Below the pieces are notes generated by a model. It was not told the DNA's origin. It did not search any database and was given only the letters and a program-made list of their open reading frames with translations. Positions 24,301 through 30,537 of a stretch of DNA of 64,000 nucleotides are shown here, one piece after another (the stretch's first letter is position 1; each line of letters starts with the position of its first letter). The stretch covers positions 70,089-134,088 of the forward strand of contig JASMKR010000031.1 in assembly GCA_030749075.1 (NCBI GenBank), in the 5' to 3' direction. A program made the position numbers and the translations under genes. Source of the stretch: Candidatus Thalassarchaeaceae archaeon. Lineage in GTDB: Archaea; Thermoplasmatota; Poseidoniia; Poseidoniales; Thalassarchaeaceae.

Positions 24301-24826
24301 CCATATCACGCTCCTAGGGGATTCGCCAGTCCTCTCCATTCACGGAAGCACAATCCAACTCCAAGGTGGTGGAAACCCCGTCGTGGGCCAGAAGTTAACT
24401 TACGTGGTAGAGGTGGTAAATGAGGCGCATGTCAGCGCAGAGGGCGTCACTTTACGGGCAACGCTGTGTAACGACATCAAATGCGAATCAACTGCCGGGG
24501 TGAACTCGACTGCAGTAAGCGACATCCCGGAACAGGGAAGCTCGTTGTTCTATGTCCCCATGGATTACACTAACTTCACCACCCCTGCCAAGTACTTCAT
24601 TATCTTCGAGATTATCCCTCCCGGATTCAACGAGGGGGACGTTCTGGTGGCTTGCGTCGCAGAGCAGGCGGAAGGGGCATCGGCGTGTGTTATGGAGGCA
24701 CAACTCTGGCCTGAGTCCGAGGAAGAAGTGCTATCTTGGATTACCTATCTATTGCTGCTAATGCTCGCATTGGCACTATGGTCACTGACCCGTCGGACCG
24801 GAAGAAGGCCGGGAGCCCCCTTCTGA
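15320..24826 (+). CDS. aglB: Giant (3,168-aa) membrane protein: N-terminal ~330-aa polytopic domain + AglB/STT3 oligosaccharyltransferase core + ~1,900-aa extracellular beta-sandwich extension + C-terminal TM anchor
   Basis: It is an uninterrupted 9,507-nt ORF. FDHDRAYP is the DxD motif of the STT3 first external loop (nt 16565-16579). SWWDYGFQ is the WWDYG catalytic motif (nt 18161-18175). There are multiple TM helices before WWDYG. After ~aa 1,300 there are repeated Ig/CarboxypepD_reg-like modules rich in N-x-S/T. The C-terminus is WITYLLLLMLALALWSLTRRTGRR. Confidence 0.8.
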   Translation: MVGTMETDKEAPQVNLRLPGIVSPIAITAMLTMLFLGLSQIEGRTIDNDYLTSSLKLPLAALASACIGIMSPWLRLSPTVGLRVSVLSFGLLAIASMANLLDPLIFDNLFVATFFLVGSVIGFLVESKRFEESSTFLSAVVGLHLATSYAAGLGIIDGAATAQMVNVEREAIGSAFFAFWFASIALGIVVMIALRGTMEEAGSGPMMSALPTPAQSLEATSYAALIFVVHLIPLAWMGQIEDIEKFSESSHLGVVWAIFTTFAVLLHSFFRAEGWHVLGALLAINWILYTLGHLHEIGNEFPYPLDEGDLIGSFSWFFMGFWLNLFGIMAASRGVFGDISPRREPSGFRIWWKSNSYGILVSLALVTALVVRTAWNVIPAMNASGTGLWDMTGGSDPWYMKRVVDYVIAERSHLIFDHDRAYPLGGVNPRPPLFSWSLALGGLGLSWLLEIPAEEAVWWSMSALPAIYGALIVIPIAGIATRVHSKTAGIFSAWLIALMPGHISRSTFAMADHDSFAMLFLATAFYFWIRALSGIEHKRLFESTSPNPLYLLAGMRESWKQNPMVMANATMSGIAFTLMALGWKGFVYGPGILFLAYSVQVAFNIFRGRDSLQFTAAALQMMMTAILLPLPFYGWPGLNLVFAPSGMQPMFYIIGFTIAVGWVASSFRDKPWLLVIISGTILFGTILTSLYLLQAADYYNGWDILFTGGFYFSKNKIFGTIGEAQAPSRGVLFASYGPVVALIAIGCGFVLLWRGSRRNKSELTLLGLWVIIATYMAWTAGRFIINATPAMAVVGGVGISMLWRSANSSEFAKEWRRSGIGTPRARFRSLWPATKSRPGIPAILIVLLLVASQHSTYGIDSGIPRGEESAYEADLAIYDIAPDILREDFFNIFSVMNSKEYNPEVSGLWYMGTFGPSFNSQGWNHAYDWLSEQDSEQGFSERPAFVSWWDYGFQALASGQHPTVADNFQSGIPNSGGMLLSAGQEDTLSMFIVTLAQGDRKSNSGQLGDDFIASLNEHMTLRQVAEFESILSNSNREFVLNRSMGVVAVYNDVELLYGERLGSDGLPQPGKVWMVVEDGIQVSEPTSDESEAMSLFNVTRASSTKVKIREPAHYDIGGYRYTKDLIEDYYDISTGLHRSNAKLGMMRAFLVTAFDMETLVDIYHSITSIEYEVSDYNSPLGNTVTRNNEIRYFAVDNRLFPLGGSYYEDQSYHRGQTTGIFHAPTHLSGLDLGTYISTMYQTQRGDALTGAKEMTQAEYEAEYRGDLINQSAGVITDPSQVIRMTDIDYQHQSEFFETMVARVYVGYGSSTLGLPGDAETPAVWFNPQQTNIMGAPGSSLEYAFALPGAMMNHFVISNWYDDSECELNETGVKISQLCGTIYDSNRVVKVLKYYSGATVEGTVELEGIGPVPNARILIERDAFSGEEEPDENGSVIDRDERTFWIPIGHTQANENGEYSFTVPAGKIRVSAFSGEPDLEAARLSITPSVASELGNSMYELFSEHNEQRNVNPITGILGNVSGSTWLSENIVNVSGSDGHSNGQSRIEASISVQPSTAVGVLLWSGGLDFAGDPILGSKVVLTPSSDEITIEPYSAPTSNGTVEGESLEFNGIGQATFTGEGTVISEGIVTVTDFTGTHTQTILDNHSVTGEGQFSGKGTLSGTLVDITAISCPNDEIPDGAVVCLLENGKFLVNGTVDASGRFTADGTVLFSRTLNQSTFVGSGEFETDATQSLPAYGTINGTGMFSGTGIFSGPMVQPGSFHFYDALPGEYIPSIEFDDGTTVELGSNFLIGLNSLQAPVQLTISGGAIKGNLIDQSGEPLYGQISIFPANDTAENATTECSQTVSSPCMVIPDDDGAFQIGPIVPGNYIAEVDLDDDGFPEVSQAYSFLPEEDFVANFPYPIPEMSDLFFTLLDGDSPLSDLEVLLRPENGSLAPVLAIYDSDLDSYRAELPQGTWILNHTLSEDKQLWQLIEIGKEDVSDSFSFQISQMVNGTVRYSQDDKQDIGIIVPAASLTEVVFQWDGFTLSTTTDADGNFSVILPVDAVVDATVEILMGVDGFSSNGTRFKVTRGMDDVSLNIVSGAMATGSVSLNRLGNHYTDAIKGWEAVHVVATNTDGSTNGVWRDEADSNGYFEMILPLGNWTFVLDPGQMGSSTETREINSSTVIDLELLVYPEGNSTVVIDLFIDHDRDNNASNGTAVTYPFAVQSLEANGAGYEVVADGDEWISSGRAEISLEPGRYRVVVERANASADEPFDTLYDLNEVFQVGMTPSAVERSVGFEPLWLVNITFSNESGSLLVDHEVVFVDSENGWIQTFLTDEEGRVVEYLSEGDWIVIVDEFETNSDVFEGLRRLISVSQASAGARLYFQTSELAEVSIALFEDFSGSSLNQMELRFTSQEGLGSFTAQTSGFLETIKIRPTPGMWNVELNQSDNQGVRWVIDNSSLVESGVSVGVEHIVNLTVRRLVEMSGKVYWDLDDDGLPGFGEGLVNVSVSITSNDTTNHSLTTDDGGDWAIYLPAGSSWSVSVEKPGFANESVSVTLGSSRHVENIVISAGSVEVSGTVSYISDEWIFDDDWEIVLIPAHGISRERVVPDKVGNEVDGWTGEWVASVEPGRWIAYVTVDSLEGESYLIAVDMLDADTDGGSVDSDLSIGGKLFLDTEWLDYDGGLHSLSEIDDYDLVISIGMGMEWSEQLGEDGTLEMLLPTGRIDASSDFEIEQRARNMSYSGGQGVTMKAGQDSPLKTLSLERVSKQNIEISTIGESTVTLGLDPECEVELLPPPHDCEYTPVEFSLRIDYLGHSSFDSYDVVGTVLGTDGILWLVQFENDSGGWNSTASFEMGIDNAETIDSLVVRVSPANKSQAHHFGLGHTILMKFKTAEGYSTEHSLTVKVPRFSGFEVTEEFVDTVYFSSGDKFLEIEIPFQNLGNADDLLTFDYQSTEHWNVGMPTLQPISPFSEGITTMSLSYAVEEEHLPEYAIDFTVSDAENNSYDYHITLLGDSPVLSIHGSTIQLQGGGNPVVGQKLTYVVEVVNEAHVSAEGVTLRATLCNDIKCESTAGVNSTAVSDIPEQGSSLFYVPMDYTNFTTPAKYFIIFEIIPPGFNEGDVLVACVAEQAEGASACVMEAQLWPESEEEVLSWITYLLLLMLALALWSLTRRTGRRPGAPF

Positions 24827-24867
24827 TTGGGCGATATGGGCGATGACTCCCAGCAACACGGTGGTCG

Positions 24868-26106
24868 GTGATGCAGGACATAGAACACCTCGAACTGATG
24901 CCCGAACCAGATGAGCCAAGCCTGCTTACAACGGTCGACAGCGATGCCCCCGGATATCCCGGTAAGTCCTATGGGGTCTCGGATGAGGAGGCTAGGGAGA
25001 TGCGCTGGCCCGCTGGCCCGATCATGGAGGTGCTATGGCCGTGGGGGGCGATTGTGTTTTCCTTGACAATCGTTTTCCTATTGCTGTCTTGGAACTTGAT
25101 ATCTCCCTTCTTAGGACACGTTCTACCCGATTCTGAGTGGGCATACGAGGACACCGGAATCAGGGAACTGCAGAGTTCAGGAAGATTGGGGAGCGGAGTA
25201 AGCGTGTGCATTGTGGATACGGGAATCGACATATCGCACCCTGACCTCTCCAATGTCCACCTAGCAGGTTTCAGGGACTTCTACGGCGACGATCATGATA
25301 GTGTCAGGGATATCGGGAACGAGGGTCACGGTACGCTAATGGCCGGGCTCCTCGTTGCAAACGGCACCTTTGTGGGCGCCGCTCCCGAGGTCTCCCTCTC
25401 AATCGCAATCGCTCTGGGGCCTACCGGAAAGTCGACCGATGAGCGAATGGTTTCCCAGGCAATCCGTTGGTGCCGAATCTCTCAGCAGGCCGATATCATC
25501 TCACTAAGCCTAGGCAGCGAGCCTGGTTCGGGGATGGGCTTCGAATCCGATACCGTTGGGGCCGTTAAGGAAGCCCTAGAGGAAGGGGTCTTCGTCGTCG
25601 CTGCTGCGGGGAATACGAACTCGATCACTGGTGACTCTGACGTTTCGACCCCTGCAAGCATCGAGGGTGTCATCGCGGTTGGGGCACATAGTAGGAACGA
25701 GGCTGTCTGGAAGGATAGCGCTATTGGAGCTGCAACCGACCCATATTCCGGCGAGAACCGAACGTTTCCAAATCAGAAGCCCGAGATCTCTGCCCCCGGC
25801 GTTCTCCTATGGTCTTGCGTTTCCAGCGAAAACGATCCTCCATACGCTTACTCGACTGGAACCAGCGACTCCACGGTCTTGGTCACCGGTGCTCTAGCAC
25901 TCATTTTGGAGGAACACCGACAGATTATCGCCGGGCAGAACGACAGGATTGACCCCGAAGAGATAGCCCTGGTCAAGGTCGCTTTGGCCAAGTCAGCCCA
26001 AAAGACCCCCTCGCAACAGGGTTCTCATGACCCTAAGATTGGTTATGGCCTACTAGATGCTAAGGCATGGTCCGACCAAGTGGCACTGGAGTTCAATTCT
26101 ATTTGA
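24868..26106 (+). CDS. Subtilisin-like serine protease (peptidase S8) with N-terminal TM/signal anchor
   Basis: The Asp motif is VCIVDTGID, the His motif is HGTLMAGL and the Ser region is YSTGTSDSTVLVTGALALI. An N-terminal hydrophobic helix WGAIVFSLTIVFLLL is present. Confidence 0.75.
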   Translation: MMQDIEHLELMPEPDEPSLLTTVDSDAPGYPGKSYGVSDEEAREMRWPAGPIMEVLWPWGAIVFSLTIVFLLLSWNLISPFLGHVLPDSEWAYEDTGIRELQSSGRLGSGVSVCIVDTGIDISHPDLSNVHLAGFRDFYGDDHDSVRDIGNEGHGTLMAGLLVANGTFVGAAPEVSLSIAIALGPTGKSTDERMVSQAIRWCRISQQADIISLSLGSEPGSGMGFESDTVGAVKEALEEGVFVVAAAGNTNSITGDSDVSTPASIEGVIAVGAHSRNEAVWKDSAIGAATDPYSGENRTFPNQKPEISAPGVLLWSCVSSENDPPYAYSTGTSDSTVLVTGALALILEEHRQIIAGQNDRIDPEEIALVKVALAKSAQKTPSQQGSHDPKIGYGLLDAKAWSDQVALEFNSI

Positions 26107-26148
26107 GACCACAAGGGCTCGATACTACCCTACGGTTAAATCGCTCTG

Positions 26149-29100
26149 ATGGGGCCCGGAGCCATGGCGCGCAGTGGAAAGGCCGGTTCCATTGCCCTCG
26201 CTGCTCTCTTCCTGACCAGCGTCCTACTAGCACTAGTGCTACCGGCCAATCCTGTAAGAGCGTCCAACGAGACCACCTCCGGTACCATCACAGGTACGGA
26301 GACTTGGGCTGGAACGCACGTCCTAACTGGAGATGTGACCGTCGCCCCAGGTGCTAAGCTTATCATCCAAGCGGGAGCCACGATTACCTTTCCCAATGGG
26401 ACGTATCTCGACGTGCGTGGTAGCCTATGCGCGGGGGTAGCCTCTTGCGGCAGCAGCAGCAATGCCGACCCTTCGATGAAGATCACCCTCAGGTGGGAAG
26501 AGCCCCTCAACGCCAGTGCCATTGGGGAGTGCTATGGCATGTCCGAAGGCAATCAGGAAATCTGGATTGACGACCCCTCGTGCAACGAGGGGTTGCTGAT
26601 GAGAAGCAGCATTGACCTATCGGAGACGGGAATGAGGTACGTCACTTTCGACGGTCCTTGGGGAGTCCCATACTATGTCACTGCGGTCAGCGAGTTCCGT
26701 TACGCGGCCCTAGTCCTAGATGGTGCTAGCCCGACCCTGACCAACCTCGAGTTCATTGACGTCAACTCTAGCAGCGTCCTAACCACGGACCTCGCTCAGC
26801 CCACTTTCAACGGTGGCACATTCGTAGTAGGCAATGATGCCAGCAGAAGCATTGTGGGCCCCGCCCTGCAGATTTACTCCTCGGGGTCCTCAATCACTCC
26901 CTTCACCCTCAGCGATATCACACTCTCCAGTACCAACAACGGCTGTGGGAACCGGGACCGCGGCCGCGCCGCCATATGGGCGGAGAAGTCATTCATAGAG
27001 ATCAACAATGCCGAAATCACCGATGGCGACTTCGGCTTCAGCCTCAGGACCTCTGCGGGCAGCGTCACCAACTCCACTGCAAGCGTCAACTGCAATGGCA
27101 TCGACATCAACGGCAAGAAGTCCGTAGGCTCTGTCTACTATGACTTCGAAATTTCGAACAACGTCATCACGACCGTCCAAGGCAGTGGAATCACGCTTTA
27201 CAGCGGTGCTCTGGCCACGTTGACCAACAACGACATCGAAGGCGCCTCTCAAGCCTCCGGCATCACCGTTTATTCCAGCACTGCGGCCCTCCACAACAAT
27301 GAGATTGGCCCGATTGGGGGGTACAACGGACTCTGGCTGCGCGGCTCCTTCGACGTTGAAGCGGAGAATAACACCATCTTCGATACCGGAAGGGAGCCAA
27401 TCGTAGCGGGAAGGTACACCCGGTCTGAGTACTCGGCATCCCGTATCTTCCTAGCTAACAACACCATCTCAACGAAGGGGACCGGCGCGTGCAGCAGCAA
27501 CACATACTGGGCCGGCGACTTCACATGCCCGGCCATTCATGCCTTTGTTACCGGTGTGACGATGTACGACAACGTCGTCAACGTCGATTCCGAAGGCACC
27601 GCCGATGGCATCAGAGCCATCGGCTCGCTGTTGGACATCCAGAGGAACGTCTTCAACGTCCCCAAGTCAGGCGCCATTGTCAAGAACTTCGACAGCGGTT
27701 ACTCCGAAGCCGATCAATACGGCACCCTCGGCTTCTTCTCACAGAACACGTGGAACGGTGTCGAAACGACGTACAACGTCACCAAGAGCTCAATCACTGT
27801 TCAGTCCGAGTACATTCCAAGCCCCCCTTCCGGAGAGTTCCCCGTTCTCCTTGATTGGCCAGACCAGGAGGCATGGCCCGCAAACGGCTTCCAAGGCTCC
27901 ATCATACCCACTCCGGTCAAGAACTGCGCAAACTGCGACAACATGACCCCGCACAACTTCCCCCTCGCGATAAACATGGACAACAACTCCACCGTTTTCA
28001 CCTTCGCCAACCTGTCAAATCTGGACCTCTCCAAGGTCAAGATAGAAACCCAACCCACACATTTTGCGGTTCAGGTCAGCAGGGCTGAGTTGGTCAGGTT
28101 CCAGACGCTGATTAAGGGTGAGAGGGTCGGCGATGCCTTGCTCATTGTCGAGGACGCCTTAGGGAACGACCTCTACTCCATCAAAACCCATTCCGATGGA
28201 TTCACCCCGTGGATTTCTCTTCCCTCCAATTTCCACCTTGACTTCAGGGGGCTTGGTGGTGGTGATAATCCCGATGGCTTCGCGGATGACGAGTACGAGG
28301 ACTCTTGCTCCGATGGTATCGACAACGATGGCGATCTTACCACCGATACAAACGACAACGATTGCAACTATTCTGCAGGTACAAGGGAGATGTCCCTCTA
28401 CAGGTACACCGCCTATAGGTTCGGTTTCGGTTACTACCGCGGAGAGTTCACTCTCGCAGACAGTTCCTACCAAGAGACCGTCAGCCTCGAAAACCTCGCT
28501 CCGACGGTTACTGTGACCCAAGACAATGATCACTCCTATCGCAGGATTGTCAACATCACAGGCAGTGCTCACGATGGCCAACTGGCGAACAGTTACGCTA
28601 CCGACCAATTGGCTCAGTGGGACCAGCGTGGTTACGTCCACTCTATCCAGATCAAGGATCCGTTTACTAACAGCTGGGAGGATGCCGGTAATGCAATAGA
28701 CACCGGTGGAGCCGGGGAGGGGCATGTCACTAGGTTCAACCGGCCTTTCAGCTCCTGGTACTATGCCCTCGACATGAGTAGCATTGCTGGCGAGGGCGAT
28801 TATACCTTCGAGTTTCGTGCCTTCGATGGAATCGATTACAGCCCAACAGTCTCCAAGACCTTCAAGCTCAACACACAACCTCCTACGGTTTTCGTAACCT
28901 CGCCAAGCTCGTATTCATCGCATGACGGGGGAACGGTGAATTTCATCGGAACAGCTCAGGATCCATATGGCTGCCCCTCGGAGTGTAACAAGGACGTCGG
29001 ACTGATATATTTCCAGATCGAGGGCCCGAACTTCCAAGTAACGACTCCAGTCCAATCCAACGATGATGGCAGTTGGGAGTGGGAATGGGACTTCAGCGGC

Positions 29101-30486
29101 CAACCCCGGGATCTCGCCACCTTCACATTTACCGTTTGGGCATCCGACTCCGATTTCTGCGATGGCATCATTGACGAATGCCTGCCGGTGGTTCTGACAC
29201 TGAGCATAGACAACTCCAACAGCCAACCAACCATCAGCGTCAACCAGCCACAGGCGGGCACTCGAATCTCAGTTTCCGAGAGTACGCTGCTTAGCGGTGT
29301 GGCGAGGGACTTCGACGGCGAAGTAACAAGGGTGGATGTGGAGGTCAAGGATGTCTCTAACGACTACATTACCGTACACCTCGCCTCCACTCACGATTTC
29401 ACGTCCGAGGGTGAATGGGAAATCGAGTGGGACACCACCCAACTTCGCCATGATGCCGACTACCTGATCAGGCTCAGATCCTATGATGGAATGGACTTCA
29501 GCAGCTGGGTCGAGGTGGGGATTATCGCCGATAACCCACCCGATGCCGGTAACAACCAGCCTCAGTTCAATCCCAGCGAATGGGTAAGCGAGATCACACT
29601 TTTCTGTGATACTGAGTCAAGCTCTGCCAACAGGTGCACCACGATCGAGATGGACCTGATGGAATTCTTCAGCGACGCTGACGGGGACATACAGTTCATC
29701 TCAGTGTTCAACGACACCTCTGATCCCGCCGACGACAACTATGCCATCGTGATAAACGTCGCAGGTGATGGTATGGCATACTACAACCCAGCGGATATGT
29801 TCTTCTACGATCCAGACATAAGCTCTTGGACACTAAACGACGTAATTTTCATTGCTACTGATTCGCATAACTCTAAGGTCAACTCACTTCCTATTTCCTT
29901 CACAGTCATACCCATTCAGTTTTCGATAGATTCCCCCGAGGAGGCTTGGGTCGAGTTGGATGGGATTTCGGTGTATTCTGGCGTCGGCCTTCCGGGGAAG
30001 CAGGTCACCGTGCTAATCGGCGGGATTACCGTCAACAATACCATAGTGGCCGATAATGGAACTTGGGTACTCGGCATACCGGCATCAAGAATCCAGGGTG
30101 ACTCCGCAACCCCCCAGTTTAGCTATAGTGGCGAATTTACCCCCGGAGATCCAATTCAACTAGGGCAACCAGAAGAAGAGGGGTCGAACTGGAACAGGAT
30201 TGCTCTGGTAGGTGTGCTAGTATTCGCACTGCTGGGTGCCCTAGCCTACTTTATATTCGAAATCGAGGATGATGATGATGAGTACGGGAAGTCACCTGTG
30301 GCCCCATTAGTAGAGCCCGATGAGCCCGACGACCCCTATGCTTGGGCCAAGGTCGACGCCCCTATTCCTCCTACAACAGTTGATCGGGGTCAGCAATTGG
30401 AGCGGCACGAGGAACACCCAGGATGGTTGTGGGACCCCATCAGGGAGGAATGGGCCCCAGATCCTGAATACCATGACTCCGAATAA
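26149..30486 (+). CDS. Large (1,445-aa) surface protein with right-handed parallel beta-helix repeats, Ca-binding-like D-rich segment and C-terminal TM anchor plus acidic cytoplasmic tail
   Basis: Signal peptide is MARSGKAGSIALAALFLTSVLLALVLPANPVRA. Repeated motifs N..I....GSGITLYS / GASQASGITVYSS are pectate-lyase-like PbH1 repeats. DGIDNDGDLTTDTNDNDCNYS is present. The C-terminus is IALVGVLVFALLGALAYFIF followed by EIEDDDDEY. Confidence 0.7.
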   Translation: MGPGAMARSGKAGSIALAALFLTSVLLALVLPANPVRASNETTSGTITGTETWAGTHVLTGDVTVAPGAKLIIQAGATITFPNGTYLDVRGSLCAGVASCGSSSNADPSMKITLRWEEPLNASAIGECYGMSEGNQEIWIDDPSCNEGLLMRSSIDLSETGMRYVTFDGPWGVPYYVTAVSEFRYAALVLDGASPTLTNLEFIDVNSSSVLTTDLAQPTFNGGTFVVGNDASRSIVGPALQIYSSGSSITPFTLSDITLSSTNNGCGNRDRGRAAIWAEKSFIEINNAEITDGDFGFSLRTSAGSVTNSTASVNCNGIDINGKKSVGSVYYDFEISNNVITTVQGSGITLYSGALATLTNNDIEGASQASGITVYSSTAALHNNEIGPIGGYNGLWLRGSFDVEAENNTIFDTGREPIVAGRYTRSEYSASRIFLANNTISTKGTGACSSNTYWAGDFTCPAIHAFVTGVTMYDNVVNVDSEGTADGIRAIGSLLDIQRNVFNVPKSGAIVKNFDSGYSEADQYGTLGFFSQNTWNGVETTYNVTKSSITVQSEYIPSPPSGEFPVLLDWPDQEAWPANGFQGSIIPTPVKNCANCDNMTPHNFPLAINMDNNSTVFTFANLSNLDLSKVKIETQPTHFAVQVSRAELVRFQTLIKGERVGDALLIVEDALGNDLYSIKTHSDGFTPWISLPSNFHLDFRGLGGGDNPDGFADDEYEDSCSDGIDNDGDLTTDTNDNDCNYSAGTREMSLYRYTAYRFGFGYYRGEFTLADSSYQETVSLENLAPTVTVTQDNDHSYRRIVNITGSAHDGQLANSYATDQLAQWDQRGYVHSIQIKDPFTNSWEDAGNAIDTGGAGEGHVTRFNRPFSSWYYALDMSSIAGEGDYTFEFRAFDGIDYSPTVSKTFKLNTQPPTVFVTSPSSYSSHDGGTVNFIGTAQDPYGCPSECNKDVGLIYFQIEGPNFQVTTPVQSNDDGSWEWEWDFSGQPRDLATFTFTVWASDSDFCDGIIDECLPVVLTLSIDNSNSQPTISVNQPQAGTRISVSESTLLSGVARDFDGEVTRVDVEVKDVSNDYITVHLASTHDFTSEGEWEIEWDTTQLRHDADYLIRLRSYDGMDFSSWVEVGIIADNPPDAGNNQPQFNPSEWVSEITLFCDTESSSANRCTTIEMDLMEFFSDADGDIQFISVFNDTSDPADDNYAIVINVAGDGMAYYNPADMFFYDPDISSWTLNDVIFIATDSHNSKVNSLPISFTVIPIQFSIDSPEEAWVELDGISVYSGVGLPGKQVTVLIGGITVNNTIVADNGTWVLGIPASRIQGDSATPQFSYSGEFTPGDPIQLGQPEEEGSNWNRIALVGVLVFALLGALAYFIFEIEDDDDEYGKSPVAPLVEPDEPDDPYAWAKVDAPIPPTTVDRGQQLERHEEHPGWLWDPIREEWAPDPEYHDSE

Positions 30487-30537
30487 TCCGCCCGACTCCT
30501 ACCAACATTATTGAGTGGAGATTGGGGCTGAGGAACC

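Noticed and set aside
24827-24867. Tandem GGGCGATAT-GGGCGATGA in the aglB to S8 spacer
   Set aside because: Only two imperfect 9-nt copies are present. This is too short to call a repeat element. It may simply be part of the promoter.
28159-28878. 239-aa minus-strand ORF inside the beta-helix surface protein gene
   Set aside because: It is antisense to a long, well-supported ORF and has no motifs.
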